From: an uncultured Candidatus Poseidoniales archaeon
GTDB lineage: Archaea > Thermoplasmatota > Poseidoniia > Poseidoniales > Poseidoniaceae
DNA: 64,000 bases
Assembly (NCBI GenBank): GCA_902625885.1
Contig: CACODE010000001.1
Location: 26,004 to 90,003 of the forward strand
Direction: 5' to 3'
Part shown: positions 24,501 through 32,324 of the stretch, piece by piece
Layout of the letters: each line of letters opens with the position of its first letter
Numbering within the stretch: position 1 is the stretch's first letter
Notes under the pieces: model-generated
What the model was told of the DNA's origin: nothing
Seen by the model: the letters and a program-made list of their open reading frames with translations, nothing else
Databases searched by the model: none
Made by a program: the position numbers and the translations under genes

Positions 24501-26937
24501 TGGCAATTCACCCCTTGTCCTCAGTGCAACACCGATGGACAACGAGGAACGACATGCAGGGGCACCAGGGGTTGGTCAATCGGTTTCGATCGTTGTTCAG
24601 GATTCGGTGGACCCGCCCCGTCAATTGAACCTGCATTACTGGGTTGGTTGCAAAGCGAGCGACGCCATTGGCTGCACCGACTACAACTTCGATGGTTTGC
24701 CAAACGAGGACGAATACGAGGTGAAAACCCTCTCCTCGCCGGAAACCAGAGCGGGTGGACTGAACATCTTCGAAGGCCTCATTGATGATTCAATGCTGCT
24801 TCACAAACAACGCGTCTCGTTCTACATCACCGGCCAAGACGAACAACAAAACGAAATCGCGATGGGCAAGGGGCCTGTTTGCCCGGCATCTACTGTGACT
24901 TGCGGGTTCCGTCCTGGCGAGGTGATGCCGGACTGGGACGCCGATCTCTCGACGTACTTTATCCGTCAAGAATTCGAACCCGAGGTTGACTTGGGTAACT
25001 CATCCATCCTTGGCCACGATGATTACGAGCCACTGCATCCGGGTGTGCCTTACACGGCACAGATAAAGCTCAGCGACATCAACGGCTGGCAAGATATTCA
25101 ATACGTTCAGGTCGCCCTTGCTGGTGACTTTGACGATGAGGAATCGTCGATGTTCATCACGCTCGACGAGGGAGCTGATGGTCACCCTGTCGCCGTTATG
25201 ACCTCAGGTTCCGATAACATCGCCGTATCGAATCTTTATTCCTCCGTGAATTTGGAGGAAAATAACGACTCCGTCGTCGTTATTCAAGCAAAGTTCCAAC
25301 TCACATGGCTGTTCCCTGAATCCTACGACACGGACGGAGAATCTCACTTCCTGCCGAAAATACGTGTCACCGACCAACCGTGCAACGATAACGAGATCAC
25401 GCCTTGTTTCGAGGTTGAAGAAGGCCTAGGCGATGACTGGTGGAGTCTTGACAACGACTTCCGGTTTGACACGCAGTCGGGGAAAATTCGAGCCATCGAA
25501 CTGCGAAACAGCGAGAACCACTACAACGAGGAGAATTTTGAAACCATCATCGGTGCAGGTCAAGCCCTTCGTGTCTCTGGGCGCGTGTTGTTTTCGGAGG
25601 ACGAAACCCCTGCACCTGCCGGTGCCTTCGATGTCGTCTTTGGTGATTATGAGAACAACTGGCGGACCTCTACAAGGGATGATGGCGAGTTCAGCCTGGA
25701 CCTTCTTGTTCCCGCAGTGCGGTCAGGGCGACTGGACCTGCGCCTCAGCATGGACGACCTACCTGGCCTCGCCCTTGACGAGACGGCGTTTTCACCCCGT
25801 GTGCGTCTCGCCGTTGACAGCGCGAGACCGACGATTGACGACATCACGTTGAACGACGTGACGAGTGGGTCCCCTCTCTCTATTGGTGAGGCAGACAACC
25901 TCAATGTCGTCCTTATCACAAACGACGAAAATGGATTCGAATTTGGAGAAGCCGCCGTTCTTCACTACAGGGTGAAGGCGGGCGAGGCGGAAATTTCCCG
26001 TGGAAGCGTTTTGCTACCGGACATCACGCCGTTTGGGCAACAATACTTCTGGAGTGGTGTGCTTGATTTGACCGATTCGGGTGCAACAACACTCCTTCCG
26101 TCCTACACCGTTGATGTTTGGGTCTCAGGTTCCGATGAGGCTGGAAACCCGTTTGATACGGTCTCAAACTCAATGAATGACCCGGTAGCGACTTGGCCAC
26201 TGGCCATTCTCGGACCGCAAATCAACCTGCAAGACGTCGCTTCATCGCTCAGTTGGGACGTGCCCAGCCCCTACGAAGGCGAGCGGGCCAACATGATGGT
26301 TGACGCCACCAACAACGGTGGGAACGGCAAGGTCGTGTTTGCTCTGCAGCAACTAGTCGACGGTGGGTTCTGGTCCACGGTCTCGGAAGTTGAGGTGGAG
26401 ACGACGGCTGGGGACGCCCTCTCGGTATCGTTGCCGGTGGATGCGGACGGCCCTGCAGGGTCAAGCATTGACTACCGCGTGCTTGTACTGGTTGATGGTG
26501 TCGAGATGGATCGATACACCGTGGATTCCTTGCTTATCAAACAAGAGACCGTTCGGGACGGTGAAGCCCTCTCCCAGCAGGTAAGCACGGATATTTTCAG
26601 CGTCGCCTTGTTTGTCATAGCCCTCGGCTCTGTATCCTTTGCCCTCTACGCCATGGTGCTGCGACGTCGCATGCTGGCGCCTGAAACCGAAGAGGAGCAA
26701 GCTGACCAAACCGAGGTTGTTGCCGAGGAGATGAGATCGTCAAAAGACCTGCCAGAGCTGGCGCCAGTCGCTCCTGTGGCCGCCGTGAGTACCCCGCCTC
26801 CTCCACCTCAAATGCGACCCGGGCCCGACCGCAGCAAACCTGCCCCACTCCCGCCGACAGGGCTTCCTGACGGGTGGACACAAGACCAATGGAATTCGTA
26901 CGGTTGGCAATACATCGACGCACTCGCCAAGAAGTGA
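21520..26937 (+). CDS. Giant (1805 aa) secreted surface protein, C-terminal TM anchor with acidic/poly-Pro tail ending in a GW..QW..YG motif
   Basis: GGAG 12 nt upstream; GTG 21520 or ATG 21529. Signal peptide ..RAVFFLLVSMMVFTPLGPLAEVMISEAEA. C-terminus FSVALFVIALGSVSFALYAMVLRRRM, then acidic segment, STPPPPPQMRPGPDRSKPAPLPPTGLPDGWTQDQWNSYGWQYIDALAKK. Confidence 0.75.
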   Translation: MGNMHGGGKQRFHTRAVFFLLVSMMVFTPLGPLAEVMISEAEAASGTRHVYEFSDGSVEHIALYQGANPDMGAAVSLPRGALVTDVSMTLSGASATGWSQIVTDDRDHWIRGTEADIDDRSGDLTLAMSNVSRNFLPHAGDAYVDPNSDAWLDNGSYALRQPHTSNATEALYSQQLTKTSSSFMAQSQGAILKHHDWLFLSTWSSSTFSNIVERLYPNNASRESVITLDKAACTLPQKHSSSYYGYYGFRDWTITDDERLFGILSGYRYTYGSTAPVNYHRVMEMDISRDDTWTCIDSYDISPSVGEYTGIAYDRQTGKVWVAHNAMNRLYAYEFESDGTSTYTRSSDFYSYTSASGSSWECGGTYGSSSKQMLRGLEVNGSTFYMRCQEDSPYNDRDQLEAWSVSGSSSALIPESTTKQISRLGYGLQFDGERFVTVDCGYSTWSGATLYYREFGTGWMYETTPAPGTTTWYGEVVHSGDEVLSANVETYWSAASIGDRVDYWISADNGTHWEEVESESTIHFDHPGKELIWKAQLIGSTAVSWWVDVEYSTAYETSGNWLSPSFNTGTKVGKVRPQWIADAPSQTSIEVKVSNDNGTTWLDASNNQERSFSTQAAGNTLRYAVFYETTDASVSPSIDEFVLEYEEGYPDRPMLDVGADGTYDWEADIFLNESSVVASDDSPVGAIVKKAPTLVAAFNDHVPENGDGFVDIPIAVKAASSGRVKISNIDITYAMQTRAVGASFEGGLAAPDGLYRNFITRIAPGDEVDHVTKAVIAIEHAHGDNPNFTWQRGDSCTVNSDAGGIVVFDAANCTSVEDADGVVSVWMPTKVNWSWDDERSTEAIVSVEDDLGIAVDQWTTPDMDLVVENDIQLDGLRVWEETGRQLFPMDWVRGGFNISFSGSIHFQDSQLMPPAGSFSLRVLGQNVTYDGDPMGEPVVLYEEANPAFGAYNMTFVSPVESEPGGMIFYVQAVDLENGSTYTNPNYNTIRLILDGNSPLVLSATPMDNEERHAGAPGVGQSVSIVVQDSVDPPRQLNLHYWVGCKASDAIGCTDYNFDGLPNEDEYEVKTLSSPETRAGGLNIFEGLIDDSMLLHKQRVSFYITGQDEQQNEIAMGKGPVCPASTVTCGFRPGEVMPDWDADLSTYFIRQEFEPEVDLGNSSILGHDDYEPLHPGVPYTAQIKLSDINGWQDIQYVQVALAGDFDDEESSMFITLDEGADGHPVAVMTSGSDNIAVSNLYSSVNLEENNDSVVVIQAKFQLTWLFPESYDTDGESHFLPKIRVTDQPCNDNEITPCFEVEEGLGDDWWSLDNDFRFDTQSGKIRAIELRNSENHYNEENFETIIGAGQALRVSGRVLFSEDETPAPAGAFDVVFGDYENNWRTSTRDDGEFSLDLLVPAVRSGRLDLRLSMDDLPGLALDETAFSPRVRLAVDSARPTIDDITLNDVTSGSPLSIGEADNLNVVLITNDENGFEFGEAAVLHYRVKAGEAEISRGSVLLPDITPFGQQYFWSGVLDLTDSGATTLLPSYTVDVWVSGSDEAGNPFDTVSNSMNDPVATWPLAILGPQINLQDVASSLSWDVPSPYEGERANMMVDATNNGGNGKVVFALQQLVDGGFWSTVSEVEVETTAGDALSVSLPVDADGPAGSSIDYRVLVLVDGVEMDRYTVDSLLIKQETVRDGEALSQQVSTDIFSVALFVIALGSVSFALYAMVLRRRMLAPETEEEQADQTEVVAEEMRSSKDLPELAPVAPVAAVSTPPPPPQMRPGPDRSKPAPLPPTGLPDGWTQDQWNSYGWQYIDALAKK

Positions 26938-26947
26938 GGGAACCACG

Positions 26948-27388
26948 GTGTCTGATGAAACGGTTGAGGGGCTTGTAACGCTTACCGAGCGCACCGTCAA
27001 CCTCGTCAACCAACTCAGCATGCCGCTGGTTGAGGTTTCGCTCGTTATCCAGAAACACGTGAACCAACTCATGACCACCCTTACCGACCATCTTGAAGCC
27101 ACAGGACAAACCGTTGGAGAGCGGGTCCACAGCCCTTGGCCGGTCGACGATCAACAGGGGCCGCAGGACTCGACGTTTGCGCTGGAAAAGGTCATGGAAA
27201 TCGTGGACCATCAACGAATGGACATTCTTGACACGCTGATACGGGTAACGCTGATTGAAATCAACGCCAGCGTCATCGACGCCCTGTTGGCTCTGCGCCA
27301 GTGGGAACATCTTGCTCGAACACAACTCGCCTCGGCAAAAGGTCCCGGTCAACTGTTTTCTCCCCTGAACATTCCGGACGATTGGTAA
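26948..27388 (+). CDS. Hypothetical small acidic helical protein (146 aa)
   Basis: GTG start 10 nt after the giant gene stop. GC3-rich codon usage like neighbouring genes. Protein-like acidic composition. The competing minus-strand 273-aa ORF is Arg/Cys-rich and looks antisense. Confidence 0.4.
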   Translation: MSDETVEGLVTLTERTVNLVNQLSMPLVEVSLVIQKHVNQLMTTLTDHLEATGQTVGERVHSPWPVDDQQGPQDSTFALEKVMEIVDHQRMDILDTLIRVTLIEINASVIDALLALRQWEHLARTQLASAKGPGQLFSPLNIPDDW

Positions 27389-27425
27389 GCAGGCATTCAA
27401 AAGCAACGCAAACGAGGGAGCATCA

Positions 27426-28211
27426 ATGAAGAGCAATCAAATCGTGGTTTTGCTGGTTGCTGCGTTCTTTTGCAGCGGACTCTCGGGGTGCATCGGCAGC
27501 GATTCCTTCGATATTCTCCCTGAGAAGAAAGGCGTACCAGGTGGTCTCACGCTCGCTTGCTTGCGCAGCAGCATGTACACCTCGATGGTGATTGAAATCG
27601 ATCATGAACCCGGGTACAGACCCTTCTCCAGCAGTGCCGACATGCTCGTGGAACGGTTGAACAGCGTTTGCGACAAGCCATCTGGCATTTCTGTAGAGTA
27701 CAACGAGGTTGATTTCCAACACGAAGGTGCTTGGACTGCGCAAGACGTGCGGGACAAAGGTTGGGAGCAAAAAGACACCTCGCCGCGCGACGGCACCACA
27801 CTCTACTGGCAGGTCCTGTTCCCGGCGGGCACCTACGAAACAGATTCTGTGCTCGGCGTAGCCGTCGATGCCTCCACGGTCGCTCTGTTCGGAGATTCCA
27901 TTGATGAGGCGGACGGTCCTTTTGGTCGACCCTCTGTGGAAGACGTGGAAAACAGCGTCCTTGTTCATGAAGTCGGCCACCTGCTCGGTCTGGTGAACCT
28001 GGTCTACCAGTCGCCCGTGGACCACGAAGATGACGAACATCCCGGCCATTCCAACAACGAGGATTCCGTGATGTACTGGGCGGTCGAGTCGGCTGATGTC
28101 TCAAATTTCATTTTCGGTACACTGCCCAACGATTTTGACAACGACGACCGAAACGACCTTGCGGGTCTCGCAGATGGCTCAATCGAAATACGCGATCAAC
28201 TCTGGCCTTGA
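27426..28211 (+). CDS. Secreted lipoprotein zinc metalloprotease (HEXXH, metzincin-like)
   Basis: Lipobox-like signal MKSNQIVVLLVAAFFCSGLSGC. Zinc motif VLVHEVGHLLGLVN. Downstream DHEDDEH and a SVMYW Met-turn-like segment. Confidence 0.65.
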   Translation: MKSNQIVVLLVAAFFCSGLSGCIGSDSFDILPEKKGVPGGLTLACLRSSMYTSMVIEIDHEPGYRPFSSSADMLVERLNSVCDKPSGISVEYNEVDFQHEGAWTAQDVRDKGWEQKDTSPRDGTTLYWQVLFPAGTYETDSVLGVAVDASTVALFGDSIDEADGPFGRPSVEDVENSVLVHEVGHLLGLVNLVYQSPVDHEDDEHPGHSNNEDSVMYWAVESADVSNFIFGTLPNDFDNDDRNDLAGLADGSIEIRDQLWP

Positions 28212-28537
28212 GACTGGCCCATGAGGCCTACGGCGTCTCGCCAAGCGTCAAAGATTGACCACACGTAAAGCCCTATCCAGAGCACCAGCGTGAGGGCCAG
28301 AGGTATCTGCAGAAAAGCCCATTCAACGCCCCTTCGGTGTTCTCTGTTGAAGTGCTGACCGAGGAACAAGAACGGAACGGTTGCAAGAACAGCCGCCACC
28401 AACGGACGAACAGCGCCCCAAGTCCCAACACCGAAGGTGATTTCTCTCCAGATTTCTTTGACGATTCGGACCGGGAAGATACCGGTTTTTTCGGTCGAGG
28501 ATTCAGGGGTGAGTTGTACCACCAACTCCTCTTCCAT
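28196..28537 (-). CDS. Hypothetical small membrane protein (about 113 aa, 2 predicted TM)
   Basis: Internal ATG (MEEELVVQL..) followed by hydrophobic helices PLVAAVLATVPFLFLG and AFLQIPLALTLVLWIGLYVW. The upstream part of the 194-aa track ORF is not protein-like. Confidence 0.35.
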   Translation of the reverse strand: MEEELVVQLTPESSTEKTGIFPVRIVKEIWREITFGVGTWGAVRPLVAAVLATVPFLFLGQHFNREHRRGVEWAFLQIPLALTLVLWIGLYVWSIFDAWRDAVGLMGQSQGQS

Positions 28538-28622
28538 ACCCCTCGGTGTTGTTTCTTCTTTGTCAAGATGACGCCGGCTACAAAGGATATGAATCAAAAA
28601 CTGACCTTTCTGTGGGAACGAC

Positions 28623-29654
28623 GTGGCGTCCGAAATCAGCGTGTTGGTGACGGGGTTTGAGCCGTTTGGCGACCACCGCGAGAACATCAGTGAAAAAGTC
28701 GCTGAGATGGTGAACGGACAACGCAAGATTTCATGCCCTTGGACCGGTGAGGAGATCGATGTTAACGTGGAAACGACCAAACTGACCGTGGATGCGCAAG
28801 GGGCTCAACACACGGCACAACGGGTACGACAAGGGGCGAGATGGGACGCTATCCTTCACGTTGGTCTGTGCGAGCGTTGTGAAACGCCTCGAGTTGAACA
28901 ATTGGCTCGCGACCGGTTGGACATGCGCATTCCTGACAACGCTGGTCGGCAAATTAACGCAACACCGTTAGACGGCTATGGCCACAGGGGTTGCTGGATC
29001 GACGTTTCAATATGGGATGAGGCTCATTTTCCGACGCCTTACAGCCTCTCGCTTGATGCCGGTGGTTACCTCTGCAACGAAACGTACCACGCCACGATGA
29101 AAGCGTTGATGGAGGCGACGACGTCCCGACCAATTCCACCGCCGGTTCTCTTTTTGCACTTGCCTGACGAAGGCGTGGTATCCCTGCAAGAGGCTGTTGA
29201 GTTTGTTGAAGCCTGCCTCGGCTACATGTTGCGGCCGTACCCCAGAGAACCCACGCATGTTGTCGCTGGTTGCTTGCAAAACGCAGAAAGTCAAGTGCTC
29301 GTGGCCCAGAGAAGACGGGGGCACAATGATGCCGACTTGTGGGAGTTCCCCGGTGGAAAATGCGAGGTTCTTGAAAGCACAAACGAGGCCATAGAGCGGG
29401 AGTTGAGGGAAGAATTGGCTATTGTCCATGTTCCGACTCATGTCCTTGGTACATGGTACAGAGAAACCGTTGATGCCGCCTATGCAGTCCACCTCATCGG
29501 TGCCCAACCTATGGAAGCCGTGGGAGAAATGCGACTGGTCGATCATCAAGCCGTACGTTGGTTGACCCTCAAGACCAACCCTTCGCTGAACTGGGCAGGA
29601 AGAGATGGTGAGATGTTTTCTTTCTTGGGCGAGGTTCTCAAACCCAAGTCGTAG
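28623..29654 (+). CDS. Fusion protein: pyroglutamyl-peptidase I (peptidase C15, Pcp) N-terminal domain + Nudix hydrolase C-terminal domain
   Basis: Pcp motifs VLVTGFEPFGDHRENISE, AGGYLCNETYHA (Cys nucleophile context), FLHLP (His). Nudix box GGKCEVLESTNEAIERELREELAI (GX5EX7REUXEEXGU). Confidence 0.8.
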   Translation: MASEISVLVTGFEPFGDHRENISEKVAEMVNGQRKISCPWTGEEIDVNVETTKLTVDAQGAQHTAQRVRQGARWDAILHVGLCERCETPRVEQLARDRLDMRIPDNAGRQINATPLDGYGHRGCWIDVSIWDEAHFPTPYSLSLDAGGYLCNETYHATMKALMEATTSRPIPPPVLFLHLPDEGVVSLQEAVEFVEACLGYMLRPYPREPTHVVAGCLQNAESQVLVAQRRRGHNDADLWEFPGGKCEVLESTNEAIERELREELAIVHVPTHVLGTWYRETVDAAYAVHLIGAQPMEAVGEMRLVDHQAVRWLTLKTNPSLNWAGRDGEMFSFLGEVLKPKS

Positions 29655-30150
29655 ATTCTCCATCCTCGTCCATGCCGTGCTCGTCGTTAATGTGCCTCGG
29701 AATTTGGCTTCTGCCGGCGTGCCACGTCGCGGCTTGCAGCCAGTCGTCCAATCCATCCCCGGATATGGAGACCTGAACGACACCTCCAAGCGGCTCGTCC
29801 CCCGGTATGGGAAACGCAATTTTCCCTGCGAGGGCTGCAAGTCTGGAAAGGTGAAAGGTGGTTGATTTGCCGTTCAGCGACATCGACATTGCGTCGAGCG
29901 CCGTGTCCAAAATGCGCTGTTCGTGAAGCTGCTGGAGAAAAGGTCCCAGTGAAATGTCTTCAAAGGTCCACGTCAACGAAGTGGGCTTTCCAAAACAGGG
30001 TTCTTCCTCCGGTTCATGCTCAATGTCTGGGAACAACGATTGCACCGCTTCAAGCACCCGGCGTGGCGAGTCGGCGCCAGAAAGTGTTGTCCTGATTTGG
30101 GTGCTGAACCCCTCACCGATACCCGTTAATCGCAATCGGGGTCCATCCAT
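29638..30150 (-). CDS. Hypothetical acidic protein (170 aa)
   Basis: Protein-like composition. Convergent 17-nt 3' overlap with the Pcp–Nudix gene. Alternative frames are junk-like. No family recognised (one HxS/T-like FHLSRL only). Confidence 0.4.
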   Translation of the reverse strand: MDGPRLRLTGIGEGFSTQIRTTLSGADSPRRVLEAVQSLFPDIEHEPEEEPCFGKPTSLTWTFEDISLGPFLQQLHEQRILDTALDAMSMSLNGKSTTFHLSRLAALAGKIAFPIPGDEPLGGVVQVSISGDGLDDWLQAATWHAGRSQIPRHINDEHGMDEDGESTTWV

Positions 30151-30239
30151 GCGCCTCCGAGTCGGTGGTTGTCAAAGAACATACTGCACGAGAGGCAGAT
30201 GAGGGAAGAGGTGAAAACCGTTGGTGAGAACAGAAGACC

Positions 30240-31277
30240 ATGGGTGAGGTCGCCAAATTGAGGTTGGCGACGGTCATCCCCGTTTTGAACGAGGTTGACT
30301 ACATCGAGGCCTGCCTAGATGGATTGTTGCATCAAACCATCGATCCAGCCTCGCACATGGTCCTCGTGCTCGATGGAGGCTCAATTGACGGCACACCCGC
30401 TTTGGTGGAACGCCTCATCGCCGAACATACTGGGCCTCAATGGCCGCAAGTCGTGCTCGTTGACAACCCAAACAAAACCGTGGCTCATGCACGCAATCTG
30501 GCCATGGAAATCCTGCCCGAAAGCGTGGAATACATGGTGGAAATGATTGGCCACGCGCAGGTTGACAGAAACCATCTGCAACAGCGTCTCGATGCTTGGG
30601 AGGCTTGCGAAAGCACTGCAGGAGAACGTCTGGCGGGTGTCGGTGTCCGCGTTGTCGGTGTGGAACAAACGACGTCTCAGGTCGCCGCTTGGGTTGACGG
30701 TGCGTTGGCGTCACCGCTGGGACGTAGCGGCGGGCAATTCAGCCAATTCACCTCCATCTCTGAAACATCAACGCCGGCTTTCGTGATGCACCGCCGGGCC
30801 TCGGTGGTTGCGGTGAACGGATGGGACGAAGATTTCCTGACCAGCCAAGACAGCGAACTGTCCATGCGCCTGATCAAAGCCGGTTTTGTGCTGCGCCGTC
30901 ATCCGCTTCCGGAGGTGATGATGCACAAAAGACGGCACCTCGGCAACTGGTGGAAAATGGGCCACAGGTACGGTTTCTGGCGGACGAAAGTGTTGCTAAA
31001 ACATCCCAAAAGAGCCAAGTGGCAGGAGTTCCTTCCTTTGTTGGGATTGCTACTTACGGGAAGCATGTTTCTTGTTGGTTCGCCGTTGTATTGGTTGCTA
31101 CCGGCATGCTACGGTCTGGCTTTGCTGCTGGCCGGTGTTCACCAAGCCGTCGTCCAGCCAAGGTTCTCAACACTTCTGGGGGTGCCCCTGTGCCTGTTGA
31201 TGCTTCATACCAGTTTCAGCCTCGGTTTGGTTGACGGGCTTGTGAGAAAGGGGCGACCATCATCTGACCGTGGATAA
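30240..31277 (+). CDS. Family-2 glycosyltransferase with C-terminal TM helices (dolichyl-phosphate sugar transferase-like)
   Basis: ATVIPVLNEVDYIEACLDGLLHQT, VLDGGSIDGT (DxD-type), LAGVGVRVVGVEQ. Two or three C-terminal hydrophobic helices (LLGLLLTGSMFLVGSPLYWLLPACYGLALLLAGV). Confidence 0.8.
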   Translation: MGEVAKLRLATVIPVLNEVDYIEACLDGLLHQTIDPASHMVLVLDGGSIDGTPALVERLIAEHTGPQWPQVVLVDNPNKTVAHARNLAMEILPESVEYMVEMIGHAQVDRNHLQQRLDAWEACESTAGERLAGVGVRVVGVEQTTSQVAAWVDGALASPLGRSGGQFSQFTSISETSTPAFVMHRRASVVAVNGWDEDFLTSQDSELSMRLIKAGFVLRRHPLPEVMMHKRRHLGNWWKMGHRYGFWRTKVLLKHPKRAKWQEFLPLLGLLLTGSMFLVGSPLYWLLPACYGLALLLAGVHQAVVQPRFSTLLGVPLCLLMLHTSFSLGLVDGLVRKGRPSSDRG

Positions 31278-31332
31278 ACACAAGAACTCAAGAGGCAAAT
31301 GCGTCATTAACAAAGAAAGAGGTTTGAGCGAT

Positions 31333-32268
31333 ATGAAGAAAAACAGCACCCTGACAAAGAGGAGTCTCAGCGCTTTGCCGCTTCTTCTCATGGGTGCCAC
31401 TCACTTTTCGCTCCCTCCTTTGAAGCGCATCTTTGACCTCGAGCCTCGTTTGCTGTACGTCTGGTACCTGATTGCTTTGGCGCTGAGCGTTGTTGTCTAC
31501 CGACGCACCGCTGTTGTGAAGGATTTTGAGTACAACCGAGCCAAAGCGATGCGGAAAATAAAGCATGTTTACGAGGCAGAAGAACGGGGCGTGTGGTCAA
31601 CCGATGTCCATCTTGACGCCACCATGGACAAAACAACACAGTTGGGTCTTTCTCAACCCATCTCGGCTATTTCAGGTGAAGCTCCAGAAATGGAACTGGG
31701 GGAAGACAACAAGGTGGAAGTTCGGATGCTGAACGAAGCCGACCACATCGTGCGGGCCAACGCTCGGGTTTCAGGAAGCGCGAATTTTGAGGAAGAGCGC
31801 ATCACCGGCACCATTGGTGCTCAACGTCGGGTTGGCCCCATGGATCGCTTCCTGGATGGTGTTCTGGGTCTGTTCGGCATTGACAGCCGTGCCGACCGTG
31901 AAGCCCAACGTCAAGAGAGGCTTCGCCGAGCAGCCACCGCTACCCCCGTTACGGCCCAACGACCTGTCGCACCGATTCGACTGAACAAGGAACGGGATGA
32001 AGGCGAGGTGAACATGACTTCAATGAGCGATTCCGGCGGTGTTGAAACGGTGATGAGCACGTCAGGGCGGGTGGTTGACAGCACGACCACGGTTTCCAAC
32101 GAAGCACAGCAACCCACACCCGTGGAGTCACTTGAAAGCATGGCCATGATGGGCATGAAACCTTCTTCTGTCCCCGGCTTGACGACCACAGGCCCTGTCT
32201 GCAGGGGGTGCGAGGCTCCAGTTGCTCCAAATTTGCGTTTCTGCCCGCATTGCGGGCTTGACCTTTGA
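31333..32268 (+). CDS. Hypothetical single-pass membrane protein with C-terminal CxxC..CxxC zinc ribbon
   Basis: ATG 31333 with agaggt SD-like spacer. TM LYVWYLIALALSVVVY. C-terminal CRGCEAPVAPNLRFCPHCG. Confidence 0.55.
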   Translation: MKKNSTLTKRSLSALPLLLMGATHFSLPPLKRIFDLEPRLLYVWYLIALALSVVVYRRTAVVKDFEYNRAKAMRKIKHVYEAEERGVWSTDVHLDATMDKTTQLGLSQPISAISGEAPEMELGEDNKVEVRMLNEADHIVRANARVSGSANFEEERITGTIGAQRRVGPMDRFLDGVLGLFGIDSRADREAQRQERLRRAATATPVTAQRPVAPIRLNKERDEGEVNMTSMSDSGGVETVMSTSGRVVDSTTTVSNEAQQPTPVESLESMAMMGMKPSSVPGLTTTGPVCRGCEAPVAPNLRFCPHCGLDL

Positions 32269-32324
32269 ATCGGAGGCGAGAGGTTCAAAACAGGTTTCAT
32301 ATCGTGCAAAGCGAGGACGGCAAG

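Noticed and set aside
26615-27436. 273-aa minus-strand ORF overlapping the end of the 1805-aa gene and the small acidic protein gene
   Set aside because: Arg/Cys-rich, non-protein-like composition. It is antisense to better-scoring plus-strand ORFs and overlaps the giant gene 3' end.
29007-29840. 277-aa minus-strand ORF antisense to the Pcp–Nudix fusion gene
   Set aside because: Plus-strand frame has clear Pcp and Nudix motifs; the minus frame is Arg-rich junk typical of antisense GC-rich DNA.
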